Shown: in pieces, positions 51,357 through 64,000 of the stretch | Layout: each line of letters begins with the position of its first letter | How positions within the stretch are numbered: the stretch's first letter is position 1 | Origin: Moniliella sp. 'wahieum' | Lineage: Eukaryota | Direction: 5' to 3' | DNA: 64,000 nucleotides | Assembly (NCBI GenBank): GCA_003971905.1 | Contig: RSEE01000076.1 | Location: 248,001 to 312,000 of the forward strand | Notes under the pieces: generated by a model | Databases searched by the model: none | The model's input: only the letters and a program-made list of their open reading frames with translations | What the model was told of the DNA's origin: nothing | Position numbers and translations under genes: made by a program

Positions 51357-53008
51357 GGATGGATAGAGATTGCGGATGGATAGAGATGACGATGACAGTG
51401 ATGTTGGAAGAGTAGGGGGCAGCGGTGGAAGGGGATCAATATGAAATGGCACAAATATATGCATTGCCAGTGGGCAAGCGAGGCTGTACTACTCCCTCTA
51501 CGGAACGGGTATTGTTACCGGCCGGGCGCGTTCCGCATTCCCAAAATGGTATGCGGAGAAGACGGCGTTAGAGAGAGAGCTTGGCATGCCCAGCCCTCTG
51601 TGGACAGACGCTTGAGATGCAAGTTACAAGACCGCTCACCACCCCACACACGACTAAACCACTCAGACCCCGCCGTATTCAACACTCAATTGGGTACTGG
51701 GTACTGGGCATAGGCTTGGCTGTGCCGCACGGATACTCTCTAGGGCTGCAGGGGAGGGGGGGGCGAGAAGCGAAAAAAAGGTTATGTGCCCCTGCGGAGT
51801 GTCAGCAGCCAGCCTGGGCAGTCCAGAAGTCAGGGAACTGGCCAAGGCTTGGCATCTACGATTGGGAGGGAGGTGACAGCCTGTGGCAGCTTGGCATGCA
51901 CTTGCACTGCCCCCCTGCTGGGCCAATTTCATTTCCGCTTTCCCAGGTGTCCCCATGTCCCCCCAGCACCGGATCCGGCTGTAGAGGCGGGTGTCTCGGT
52001 TGGTTTCCCCCACCTGGGCGCCCAGCCTGCCTGTCACGCCTTCAGTTGTCCTACACACCCACGACGCATCGTCTGCCCCTCGGCACGTCACTACTACTAC
52101 TACTCCCTCCCTCCACCGTCTGTTGGCGCTGCAAGCTGGCCAGCCAGCCAGTCGCCCTTAGCCGTTCCTTTCCAGTGCGGGCGTGAATGACGCGCACCCC
52201 TCGGGTCCATGAGGCCTGAGGGGGGCACAGACCACCGTACAGCGACACGGTCATCTGCAGCTGATGGGATCGGTAAAGCAACACCACTGAGTAAGTGAGT
52301 AGTCACTGGTCACTAGGCCTCGGCATGCTGCTGCCCACCCCCCAGGTCTCGGTGGCACATGGCTGCAGGCGCGCAACGCGCACGTTACCGGGCCCGCAGG
52401 GATCTATTCCCCGGCCGGTACACCTTGGCTTGTCCCATCCCCCCGGCTCCCTCTGAGATCTGACCTGGCACCACAACAATCGTTCTGCTTTATGCTCGGC
52501 CGCAATCTACCACGGGCGGACAGCTTCATCGCACGTGGTTCATTGGCAGACTCACGCACAGCATGACAGTCTGTGTATTTCTGAAAGGATAACCGAGTAT
52601 AGGGAGAAGCGTCATCATGCATCATTGATCACCAGGCAAGTGTCGTAGGCTCGAGAACGCTGCGTTCGGAAAGGGTCTCGACAAGGCTTGGCAAGCATAC
52701 GTGCCAGCGTGGGAAGAGGGGCATGGCAGGTCATTGGGCATTGCGCATTCATCTTCATCTTGATGATGCATCATGGCCCACAAGACAGAAACACAGAACA
52801 AACACAGGGGAAGGATGGGGAATCGGAGGTCCTGTGGTCTGGCCAGTTGGAAACCAGGAACCAAAGAGAAAACGGAAGACGAATCAAGACGCAGCCAGCC
52901 CATCTACGCGACGTCAGGTGTTGATTGGGTGAAAAGAGGAACGATTCAATTCGTCATGACTGGTACTCAGTACTGAGTACTCAGTGAGTCCTCAAGATCA
53001 CGGACGAA

Positions 53009-54481
53009 TCAGAGCGTCGGGGGGGCGGCAACGGAAGTATTGGGTCCTGTACCCGTCCAGGTCCCCGGGATTCCGGACCATGCCTGACCCACACGCCACG
53101 ACACGGCAGCCAACCCGACGAGCAGAGGCAGGACCACCAACGCGCGTGAGGATGCGACCTTGAGCCCACTGGACGAGATGGATGGGTGTCCGAGCGGCAA
53201 GACCGATTCGCCCCGTACGTCCGTTTCGGGTGGCCGACGCGCATTGGCGCGCGCGATCGCTTCGGCCGCCGAGCCCGGCCCGCCTTGGTCGGGACCCAAG
53301 CCGGCCAGCGAGTCAAACAGCGCACCATTCAGCAGGAAAGCCAACGCAGCCGAGTCCACCAGCGGGCGAATCAACTCTTCCCGGCTCACACCCGAGGAGA
53401 CGATCAGTGCATACTCCAACCCCCGTCCGAGGCGGTACGGAACGCGTCCTTCAAAGCCCGTTCTGCCCTTCCTTTGGCCGCGGCGTCCGTGCGCCAAAGA
53501 GCAGGCGGGTCCCCAGCCAGGCGTTGGCCCAGCGCATCGGGATGGGTCAAAAAGTGGTAAAAGGCAAGTCCATCCGGCTGGTCTTGTGCTTGACTAGGCG
53601 AAGGCCATTTGGTCGCAACATGCTTGGCAATGAATTGGCCTCCACTCAGATCTCCCAGGTAGCGCGTGTAGGCATGCGTCAGCAGCGCTCCCGATTTGGC
53701 TGCACCACCAAAGTTGTGTCCGGGAGAAGGGGGGTAGGCGGCAAGGGTGGTCAGCTGGGTCTCCGTCAGACCAAAGTCGACCCCGGCTTGGGCGGCCAAG
53801 GCAGCAATGTGCGCCACATAGCCCACCGTAGCTTCCTTCTGGGCAGGGGTGAGGATGGCGAGCCAGGCGAGCTGCGCATCTAGATCCGCGGGGTCTTGAG
53901 GTGCGTCCGGTTGGACGTGGGATTGAAGTTGCCATACGCGTTTCAGCAGGGGCCCAGCACGCGGATCCCCTCCGATTCCGCCGTGCCGTCCTGCTCGAGC
54001 TCGAGCGCATCGGCCACATCAGCCAGACTCGTACCTTCCTCTTCCTCGGTCAGAGAAGCATGAACCTTAATGTCAGACACCAACGCCGGGGTGCGGGCGA
54101 GGGTGCGAAGCAACTCGCCGCCACTGGCCTGGAGAAGAGGGTGGAGCAAAGACGCGCCGACGGGATCCAAACGCTGCGCTTGAGCTTGGCCCGACGACGT
54201 GCTAATGGCAAACAAGGCGGTCTCAATGGTGGAGTAGAGTGCGTGGAGAATGACAAGCCAGCGGACGTAGTCCAGACGCTTGACCAGGGCCTTGCTCTCG
54301 GACGTGGCAGAGGCGAGGAGCAATTTGACGCCCGGACTGCGTTCGATCGCAGCGTGGGCAGCTGCAGTGCCCTTGCGGAGATGCTGGGAGAGGGGGCGCT
54401 GATGGGACCGGAAGGCAGGGCGGTGCTCTGGGGAGCAGATGCGCCCGAGGGACGCTTGAGGATGGCGAAGGGACAGGACAT
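53009..54481 (-). CDS. HMX1: Heme oxygenase (Hmx1-like) with C-terminal membrane anchor; several apparent frameshifts
   Basis: LSQHLRKGTAAAHAAIE (proximal His); YVRWL..LHALYSTIE; LARTPALVSD; LLTHAYTRYLGDLSGGQ signature; GLAFYHF; hydrophobic tail ALVVLPLLVGLAAVSW. Confidence 0.88.
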
Positions 54482-55712
54482 AGGGGGGGGGACAGGTGGT
54501 GGAGGGAGGGGCAGCAGAGGAGGCGCACATGCCAGGCCAATATCAGCCAGGACGAGGCCTGGGCGGCACAAAAAGCAGAACCCTAGTGCAAGCCACGCCC
54601 AACGCGCGGCACACTGGCGCCGTGCGTGGCGGGCAGTGTTAAAATACATCGGGGGAAGCGGGATGCACATTGCATGGCGGGCGGAGGCTGCGCGGCGCTG
54701 CAGCACGCCACCTGTGCCAGCCAACGCCAAGCGTCATCGCGTCGCCCATCCCTCGCACATCACATCAGATCCCAGATCTCCCAGCTCCGCCCAGGTGTGT
54801 GCTGATTGCGCTGGGCACTCGGCACTCAGCACGCGCTCAGCCCACTGTGCGTTGCGGCCATTACCAGCAACGCACGGCACCACCTCCTGCCGCGCCTCAG
54901 CGGGCCGCCAGGGGCTCGGACGGGTTCGACCACCCCCTATCCGCTGCCCCGTCCATCGACGACGGCAGAACCGGGGAATACTTCCCCGCCTGTCACCAAC
55001 ACCCTCCCCGATCTCATCGATGTTTGATCTTTTTGATCATTGATCATTGATCATTGATCATTGATTAATGATTGCTCTTATCGCTCCATCCATCATCGAT
55101 CATCCTCATTACACCCCCCCGCATACTCGGCTCAGATCTGCTTGCTGTGTGGCCATCTCTCCTCCCAGCGATGCCATCAGGCCGTGCAGCCGTCCGTCCA
55201 CCCGTCCTGCCATAGTACTTAATCCCGCCTCGTCCAATCAACCTCTGCTTCCCGTGCATCATCCATCCCAACACAGTAGCACCCTCGACATCCAAGCTTC
55301 TCCCCAACTATCTCTAACATCTAACCTTCGTGCGATTGGTATATATATATCAACGACTAACGACCAACCCAGCCGCGCAAGCCATCGCGACAGACGGTCT
55401 AGATGGCAGTAAGGATACATCCTTCACCGCAGTGCATTGGATATGATTCGTAGCACGGCAAGGCAGCCAACCGAACTGCGAGAGAGAGAGAGGCAGAGCC
55501 ACAACGACCGAGTCTCTGCTAAGCACGGAGGCGCCCACACTTCTTTTGCCCAGCTGCCACTCGTCGGGGGGGGGGCAGAGGCCGTATGCCAAGGCAAGAG
55601 CGTAGGACAGAATGCCCAAGGGGGGAATGCACCTATGCTGCCTGCCTCATTACGCCTTCCGCCTCCCGCCTCATGCGGCAGACCCGCTCCCCCCGCACCA
55701 GCACTGGCCGGA

Positions 55713-58700
55713 TCAAAGCTGCTCATCCGTCTCGTCAAGCAAATCCGCATCCACATCCACCTGTTCGTCGCGCTGATGCGGCGCCACCGCCCCGCCTCCG
55801 ACCGAAGGCTCCACTGCCACCGCGCCGCCCGAAACGAGGACCGAGGACTGGGTGGCAGTCGTGGCGGACGTCGAAGCCAAGCGGGCGCCAAGCGAGGCGA
55901 CCGAGCCCGAGCCCGACGCGGACTCAGACGCGGGGGAACCCAACTCCAACCCGACCCCGCATCCGGATTGGGATTGGGACTGGGATGGGAACTGGGGCTG
56001 GGATGGGGATGGGAACCCAACGCTGGGCTGGCGGGGTGCACAGGATGCACCGGCTCAACAATCTGCAACGACGCTTCGTCTTCTGATGTTTCGCCCGACT
56101 GACGGCCCGGGTACCGCGGCAGGTCCTCGCCCTCGTCGGCGAGGCGCGACCCGTCTTCCCTAAACAGCTGGGTATACGCCGGGAGGGATTCGGGCAGGCT
56201 CGGGTGAGCGGGGAGGGTAGAGAAGGAGGCAGCCAAGCCCGATCCCGAGTATGAGCCCGAGCCCAATCCCGATCCCGAGCCTGAGCCCGAGCCCAAGCGC
56301 GCATCCAATTCTGACCCCGGTCCCGGAGGCGGTTCGGAGAAGCGAACGGGGACAGCCATGACCAAAGACTGGGACCAGCCGCGGTGGGCCGAGGTGGCGG
56401 CATGAAAGCGTAATTTGAGTTGGAGGCGGTGGCGGATGCGGGTAAACGGGCCTTCAAAGTCGGGCATCAACGCGGCGGCTTGGAAGGAACGGTCGGGGTT
56501 GTCAGGCGAGGTGATGAGCGGTAAGTTGACCGTCATCTTGACCCCTCCCAAGGTGAGGTCCAAACCACGTCCATCGTTGCCTTCAAAGTTGTAGGACGCA
56601 TGCGTCGCAGGCGCTTTGCCCTTCCCGTTCGGTCCTTGCCCAGGGGCGGAGGAGGTACCAGTCGCGCCGGACGGATCAGACCCCGCGCCCACACCCATAC
56701 AGGAACCCGGAGGCACCGCAGCGCCAGCGCCCGCGCCAGGTCCCGCCCGCACAGGCGAATCGCGTCCGGACCGCTCCATCTCGTCGGCTGGGTCGTCTGG
56801 TTCATAGTCCATCGGGTCCATCCCGCCTTCCAACACGGACGAGGCTAGACCAGCAAAGCGGTGCCACGCCGAGGCGGCTAAGCGACGACGCCGAGGCGGT
56901 GCCGAGGGCGCATCCCGACCCGGTGACGGGTTGGGCAACCCGCGAGCTTGGTAGCTGGAGACGACGACGACGACGACGACGACGATAAAGGGGCTTGGGA
57001 GGGTGCGTGCCCAGCGGCAGCGGCAGCGGCAGTGGCAGTACGGGGTCGAGCTAGTTCCTGCGCCGTCCGTCCTACAGTGGCAGCAGACGGCGCACTGGGT
57101 CGCGCCTCGTTGCTGCCCGCACGAACATCGCGCGCGGCCCAACTAGCATCCAACCCGAGCCTTCGAGCTCGTGGGCTGTCCCGACCGCGAGAGGACGAAG
57201 GGCCAGCTAAGTCGTCCGCAGCAGGTGGGGCGGCGCGGAGCCAGTGGAGCCCGCATGCGAATTCGACTTTGGGTTCGAATTCGACCCCGGTCCTGGACCT
57301 GAACCTGAACCTGAACCTGAACCTGAACCCGAACCTGGACCTGAAGGTGCACTTGGAGTTGGAGTTGGAGCTGGAGTTGGAGTTGGAGTTGGAGCTGGAG
57401 GTGTCGAGGAGGCAGGTTTGCTGCTGGCCATCGTGGTGGGCGGGCCAATGACAATGATCCTGGACACCTCGACGTTCTTGTCGGCCGCGGTGGGGCCCAA
57501 GCCCGCCAGCTGGATTTGTCGACAACGTTCTACGTGCGGGCGGTCGTACCCGCGTCGGAGGAACATGTCGTCCGATGCCAGCGCACGCTGGCGCGGGTAT
57601 GGCTCGGGTCGGCAATCACAGGCAGCTGGTCCGCCTCCACGGGATCGCCAAGCGGCAGTGGGAAGTTGAAGATAAACGCGCGGGAGGGGATGGTGCTGGC
57701 AACAGGACACAGGTCACAGGCCACAGTACGTCAGTTGGGCTTGCTTCAGTCCATTGGCATGGGCCTTGATAGACAAGTAGCGCCCGAGAGCAGAGGGGAG
57801 GGGGAAAGGGGTTAGGGGTTAGGGACGCACCAGTGCTTTTCGGTCTGGGAGCAGGCCAGTTCCATCGTGCGCAGACGAAGGCCGCCGTGCTGGCGCATGT
57901 ACCGCCAGGCCCACTGGTCCGGATGGGACAAGTCGAGATGGACAGTGAAGGCGAGCATGCCTGTGTTGGGTCCGCGCGTATGGACGTGGGCGGGGACGGA
58001 AAGGGTGAGGTGGAAAGGAAGGTTGGTCGAGAACTTCTTCTCAAGATCAGCCAAGGAGGGAATGGCCCCCGCCCCTGCCCCCGTCCCGGCCCTGTCCTCC
58101 TCAACCCGGCGCCGCGCTTCGGCCAACTTGCCTTCGGCAGCGGCAACAAGTGTGGGCGGAGCTTGGAGGACGGGCCGATGGACGAAATGACGCATAGGCA
58201 CTCCTTCGGATTCCCCGGACGACGTGTAAGAACTTCCGGGGACGCGGCCTGCACTGGAGCGACGTTGGCCATGGGAAGAGTCGGGAGGGGCGAAGGTTTG
58301 TCCGTCGGGGCAGGCGGGGCCAACGAGCGCGCCTCGCCCGTTGCCCCTTGTCCAGCTCGATCTTCCCCAGCCGGCGGGCCTGGTGCGGACGCAGGAAGTG
58401 GCCCGGGTCCTGTCGAGTCGGCAGCCGGGCGTGGATCCGCGGGCATCGGATTTCGTGATGCTAAAGGGGCCGCTTGGGGGCAGCTAGGGTCGGCGGGGCA
58501 GTAGGTGGGTCCATGGGAATGCCGGTCAAGTTGCCCTGCGCCACGCGGGCCACAGGGCAGGCACCACATCTCTGCACCTCCGCAGCACCACGGCCATCAC
58601 GGGACTGGACACAGGCGAAGGAACAAACCGGAGGCCTTGCCGCTCGCTCAAGCCGATCGGATCGGAGGAAGAGCTAGTAGCGCGGCCCACATCCAAGGGG

Positions 58701-60265
58701 GAAGGCGCCCTCTTTGGTCCGTCTTGCCCGTTTTGAAAGGACAGAGGAAGGTGATCTTTACTATCGTCGGGGGAGCGAAATCCAGGCGATGTGCTGGGGC
58801 GTACGGGGGATGCCAGTTTCCCAAGCCAACGGGATCGGCGCTTCTCCTTTGGTGCTGCCTGCCAAGGAAGACGCTTCGGCCATCCCCTGCCCGCTGGGTG
58901 GAGGTGGGGGCGAAGACAAGGGTACAGATGAGGTATTTGCTGGGAGGGGGGGTGTCTCTTTGAATTCAAATACGGGCGCGACGCGCCCACAAGGGCAGCC
59001 GAACTAGCTGCGATGGCAGCATTCCTAGCCTCGGTTTGCTGCTGGGATTCGTGAAGCCCATCGGGCCCAGAAGACGGGGACGGGGCAAGCGGGCTCGGCT
59101 CAACGGGGACGGCAACTGTGCCGATGGATGGATCGGCGCGCGAGGTGGCCACACCCGAGCTGCTGTTTCCGATATCAGTCGCGGAAGCTTGTGGGGGAGA
59201 AGTAGCTGGAAGAGGAAGGTTGCTCGAGGGATTAGGAGTGTGTAAGGATGGGGAAGGTGCGAAATCAACCTCGGCTTGAAGCGTGTAGAACGTCGCCCCA
59301 AAGGGAGTGCGGCGAAGGGGGCAAGCACCCCGGCACGGGAATGTCGAACTCGATCTCAAATCGGAGCGGTTCAAAGGTGCTGGCAGCAGTAGCAGCAGAG
59401 CGAGCCTTCAGACTGACAGTGGGGGAAAGACGCGTGGGCGAAAGAGGTGGGGGAGGGACACGATCGCTAGTGGATGAATGGGGTTGCTCTGGGCCGGGGA
59501 TAATGAGGTCGGCGAGGGAGATGTGGGCACCTTCGGGAGGCAGGAGTTGGTGGGTGACCTCAGCGAGCTTGACAGCGGCAAAGCGGCCGGCTTGGTCATG
59601 AAAAATGGAATAGCCAGTAAATGCGACTTGGATGCGCCGTACATGCATCTCCTGAGGCAAATGGGCCAGAGGCGAGAGGTGCGCGGAGGCCACGGCGGGA
59701 GGCCGGGCGCGGCTGACGGTCAAGACGGTGGTGCCAGCGAGGGAGTAATGGGTGGTAGTTTGGCTGGTGCCATACATGGTGACCTCGTCCGACAAGGGTC
59801 GCACCGCAATGGAAACATCGATGGGAGGGTTGATGTGGTCCAAAGGCGGCGTGTGGTGGGTGTACGGGGCGCGACGGGGGCATGGGCGCGCGGGGGCGGG
59901 GGGTGGGCGGGCCGAGGACAGGGCGGCGGGAGGGACAGGGCCGTCGGGACCGGTGGTGCGGAGAAAGTCGACGAGGGACATGTGGTTGGACCGGCGGGAG
60001 CGGAGGAGAGATGGGGATCATGGTCATGGTCATAGTCAGAGTCGTAGGCGGGGTCGTAGACGGGGGCATGGGAGTGGAGGGGATTAAGATGGTGGCTGTG
60101 TGTGTGGGGGTCGGAGGGACGGGCAGGGCGTGGGGGGCGCGGGAAGCGAACGTGGGGGGACGGGTTGGTGCCGCGGATGCCGGTGCGGGGCACGAGGCTG
60201 TTGGTGGGGGGGGCGCGGTGGGGTCGGGGGCGGGGCAGTGGGCGGGGGGGACGGAGGGAGAACAT
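55713..60265 (-). CDS. Arrestin-fold-like, PY-motif protein (putative Rsp5/Nedd4 adaptor) with long low-complexity inserts
   Basis: Beta-rich segments YSLAGTTVLTV, VRRIQVAFTG, FEIEFDIPVPGCLPPS, TPFGATFYTLQA, LPFHLTLSVP, PDFEGPFTRIRHRLQLKLRF; C-terminal LPAY and LPRY motifs. Pieced together over several frames. Confidence 0.6.
57296..57400. repeat. Adjacent hexamer microsatellites (cctgaa)n and (ggagtt)n within coding sequence
   Basis: Directly visible; they encode GSGSGS and PTPTPT runs on the minus strand. Confidence 0.85.
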
Positions 60266-61851
60266 GCTGCGGGGGCGCGGGCGGGGCGGGGCGTGGAGGG
60301 GGGGGCGGGTGTGGGGCCGGGGGGATGAGGGTGGTGCCGCCGGCAGAGCCACTGCTCTCGTCCGCGTCGGTGGGCTTGGCGCGGGCAAAGAAGCTGACGG
60401 AGTGGTGGTGGCGCATGTTGGGCTGGTGGAGGCAGGCCAGGAAGAAGGAGGAGCGGCCGGTGGCTCCGCCGTGGCTCGCGGTGGCCTGCGGCTGGTGTCG
60501 GCGGCCTGGGGGCGTGCGGCTGCTGTGCAGCCCTGCGCTGGGGCGCAGCGGCTCAGCGCTCTGTGGCTCAGCGCTCGGTGGCTCAGCGCTGCGCTGCTGC
60601 TGCGGCTTGCGGGGTCTCAGCGACGACGCGCTGCTGCTGCAGGCGTGCTGGGCCCATGACGTCACCCACTGCCCCCCTGCAGCATGCATGCATCCCCCAC
60701 CTCACCGCATCACACACTTCGCGTCCATCACAGTCGCCCCGTGCCTGCTGCCCCTTCCCCCGCTGGCCACGTGGTCAGCAGCAGCCATGGCGCCACTCTA
60801 GCTCCTCTCCGCCGCATCGCAACCTGCACTCACATGTCACAGTACTCGCACTGCACAGCGGTTTGCCACCCCCCCGCCCCAGCTCCAGCCGGCAGTGCCG
60901 TCCTGCGCCGCCCATTGCCATCGATCATGCATTGTGCATCATCCAATGCGCCACATATCACCGTCGCATCCCAGATCCCCCCCCCCCGTCTCCACGTTCC
61001 TGCATCGCCAAATTTCAACCGCTTCAAGCGTAACGCGTGACGCGTAACGCGTAAAGCTTAAAGCTTAAAGCTGAAAATCTCAGCATGGTCTTCTTCAAAC
61101 CAGTTTCATCCACCCCTCCCATCCATGGTCGATGATCATCCGTTCTGAAATTTCACACCGGTCATGCTGTACGTAATATCCCCTGGCCCACGAAGAGCAA
61201 GAGCATCGCAACCTCCCTCCTACTCATCCTCTTCTCGGCCTCCTCTTTGTCCATGCCTCAGCGCTCAAGCTCAATGCGCTCAATGCTCAATCCCGTCTGC
61301 GGCGTTGGCAAAACGGTATTTGTGGGCAGATCCGTACTCCATGATCCAGTCTTTTTTCGAAAGGCTCCAGTCCACATAGCAAAGAACCATATGATGTCTG
61401 AATAGCCGAGGCAATTCTACACACGTGGGTACGAGCACCCGCACCCCAAAGCTACTTCCATTGTCATTTCGCCCCTCTATCGGGAGAGGGGCGGGAAGAG
61501 CAATGCTTGCTCGCACCCACGTACTTCCAGCTTACGATATGGCAGACTCAGAAGACACAGCATGAAGATGAATGCAACTACCATACATGGTGGGGGTTGC
61601 ATGGGGCACGATATGCATGAAGGTAAGAGGATGGGCAAGAAGAAAAAATACAAGGGCTGCACATGGCCCAAAGATGATAAGGGTAGCAGCACTGGGAACA
61701 TGGGCGTAGAACACACAAGATCGGTTACTGGGTGAAAGGAGGAAGGGGATAGACGTGCGACCCCCCTAGTGCACTCGTCAACATGTTGACTACTTTTCGG
61801 AGGCTGAGTTGAGATGGGAAGGGAGCGCCGACTCCGCCACCGGTAATTCCT

Positions 61852-62279
61852 TCAACATACGATGCTCCGGCTCGAATGCCAGGGCCGACTGCGAAATGTT
61901 CCACCCATCGGGGGGACAGACCGTCCACGTTGGTCGGGAGGCACGTCGGCGCTGCAGTGGCGCCCATAGAGCGAGGCCAGCTGGAGCGTAATCAAGTACA
62001 CCATCACAAGGAAGAAACAGGCCAGCGCAATGCGCTGGATTCGCCGTGCGCGCAAACGCTTCCGCTGCCGAGCTGCGTACACGTACGCCAGAGCGGTGTG
62101 AGGGCCGTTCCAGTTGCCCTGCACGGCCTGCAACGCAGCGGCCTCGGCGGCGGCAGCGGCTTCGAGGCTGTCGCTGCGTGCGGCGCGGGCCTCGGCCAGG
62201 TTTGGGCACGGAGAGGACTGCGCGGCGAAGTGGCGGTGGCCGGGGCGGGAATGACGAGCGGGGTGCGCTCGGTGGGCAT
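61852..62279 (-). CDS. Small hypothetical single-pass membrane protein
   Basis: MPTERTPLV start (acidic dileucine-like), Ala-rich helix, basic RQRKRLRARR, then hydrophobic IALACFFLVMVYLITLQLASLY. Needs one frameshift; 3' end uncertain. Confidence 0.45.
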
Positions 62280-63469
62280 GGTGGTGACAAGCGCGCCAAA
62301 GGTGGGGGGTGGGGGTGGGGGGGTAAGGACACTGGCTGGCATGGATCCCGCCAAGCCTTGGCCAACCATCTCTCACACCGTAGGCACAGCCGGTGCTGAG
62401 CTACTGGCGCCGTGCCAGCTAATGGCTCTAATGCCAGTCCTCCAAAATGGCACTGGGACAGTGCGCTCACCTGAACTGTGTCACCCGTGACGTCACGTCA
62501 CTGGCTGCAGCTTCGTCGTCAGGTGTTAGATCCAGATGCGTTACGAAGCAGGCCTGCCACTCTCAAGGGCTGAGCCTCAGCGCCCTCAGCGCCTCAGCGA
62601 GCGCCTCAAGACAGTCCGATAGATATTTCCTCCCAGGATTGTCCCCACAGTCGAGCGACTCTCAGATCTCACCGAAGCTGGAATAAGAAAGAGTTCCTAC
62701 CACAACCTTCCTAGTGACTATAGTCAGTGACTAGTGACTTCAAGCTTCAAGCTTCAAGCTTTACTAGCTTCACTAGTGATGCTCTGATGCTCTGGTGAAG
62801 CTCTTAAAGCTTGGAGCCGTAGAGCGGGCCTGTATCGCTCGGACCCGAGGGTTGCTTTCGGGCTGCACTTTTTGAAGCCTCTCTCTGCTTCTCGTGCTTC
62901 GTCCACTTCACCATGGACAAGAGCGTGCTCCGTGAGCTTTTCGGGTGTGCATGTGGCAAGAGAAGAACTTGGAGACGCCTCGCTCTTCTTCCCCGAGCCT
63001 GGTGGCATCGAGTCTTCAGAACCGAAGCTGCTGTTGCATAGTGGCTTATATTTGGAGGCAATGGGGCATCAACAAAAAGGCGGCAGCACCTCGATAAGTA
63101 TAGAGGAGATAGGGCATGATCATTACCGCAGAGAGGCTGCCAAAAGTGGTGTAAAGTAGTGGGTGGGTGCAAGTACTAAGTGCTGAGCCGTGGTAGAGTG
63201 CGACTATAGACTTGGAATACTGGGTGTTCGTGTCCCAGCAACAGAAGCAGCTGAGCTGGCGTGGATCCGTCCCGTGTGGGAGGACAGGCCTCGTTGGTGG
63301 GCGTGTGATGCATGATGCATGATGCATGATGCATGATGGCAGAAATAACCAAATCCCCCCCAAAATCCATTCCGCCACCAGCGGAACGTTTTCTTGTTGG
63401 CCAAAGACCACCGCGCCGAAGCTCGCTTCAAGCTTCAGCATCCTCCACCCTCCAACATCATCACCCGTC

Positions 63470-64000
63470 ATGGTCGATGCGCCCAGCTTGTCTCCGAGTG
63501 CGCTCGCGGGAGAAGGCTTTACGCTCGTCGATGCAGATGCAGACACCACTGCCGCGAGGGAGGACCTCTACGCCCTCTTTGCTCCGCCCGACCGCTCCCC
63601 CGCTTACACCCAGCCCGGGTGGATCGAAGCTGTGCGCGCCCAGCGCACCCAGCTCGCCGGTCGTCTCTTCCTTGATCGTGTTTTGGGGTTTGCTCTCGAC
63701 TCGGACCAGATTCCCGAACTGTATCCGCCCACTTCGGCTGCTGGACTGCATGCGCTCATTGACCTGGTCGACGGTTCTACGACCTTTTCCAAGTCACAAA
63801 CCGACGCCATCATTTTCTATCTCCTCTTCGCCCTCTTCCCTTCCCCGATTTCGGCGTTTGGCCTAGGCCAGGGAAAGAGCGCCGTTGCTTCGCTTAAGGC
63901 TCAACGCGCCTCGCATCCAGCCCCCAATTCGCACAACTGGTTGGCCTGCCTCCGCCGCTACGGCGCGCCATCACTGCCTACGCTCTCCTCGACCAAGGCT
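63470..64000 (+). CDS. ELYS-domain (nuclear pore assembly) protein, 5' part; runs off the window
   Basis: My translation from ATG 63470: MVDAPS...RTQLAGRLFLDRVL...ELYPPTSAAGLHALIDLV...TDAIIFYLLF, resembling the fungal ELYS pattern LFxDxxL...YPP...L..L...xxYLL. Confidence 0.65.
   Translation, partial: MVDAPSLSPSALAGEGFTLVDADADTTAAREDLYALFAPPDRSPAYTQPGWIEAVRAQRTQLAGRLFLDRVLGFALDSDQIPELYPPTSAAGLHALIDLVDGSTTFSKSQTDAIIFYLLFALFPSPISAFGLGQGKSAVASLKAQRASHPAPNSHNWLACLRRYGAPSLPTLSSTKA

Noticed and set aside
60100..60330. Dense G-runs suggesting G-quadruplexes (also 39760-39900, 45860-46160)
   Set aside because: Explained by C-rich 5' leaders and Pro-rich codons of minus-strand genes; no independent evidence of function.

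Overview
GC-rich, fairly intron-poor fungal genomic DNA, most likely a basidiomycete (inferred from gene content and the BTB+CAP-Gly protein type). Nearly every conserved gene carries 1-2 nt deletions, mostly in homopolymers. These look like long-read consensus errors, so CDS limits are reconstructed by eye and approximate. All protein identities come from motif recognition, not database searches. Recognised genes: a giant BTB/POZ+CAP-Gly protein, insulysin/Ste23, 14-3-3, UPRTase (FUR1), an Fmp42-like MFS transporter, carnitine acetyltransferase, an Sfk1/Frag1 protein, eIF3e, CK2-beta, mitochondrial uL3, a Ulp2-type SUMO protease, Cks1, Pam17, heme oxygenase, an arrestin-like PY-motif protein and the start of an ELYS-domain protein. 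There are also two intron-containing tRNAs (Gly-GCC, Leu-CAG) and a young 2.7-kb Copia-derived LTR element with an integrase-like region but no recognisable RT. The most unusual signal is a recurring family of intergenic 7-bp-period arrays, each built from a 6-bp palindrome plus one spacer base. At least eight different palindromes are used, and one array switches palindrome while staying in register.
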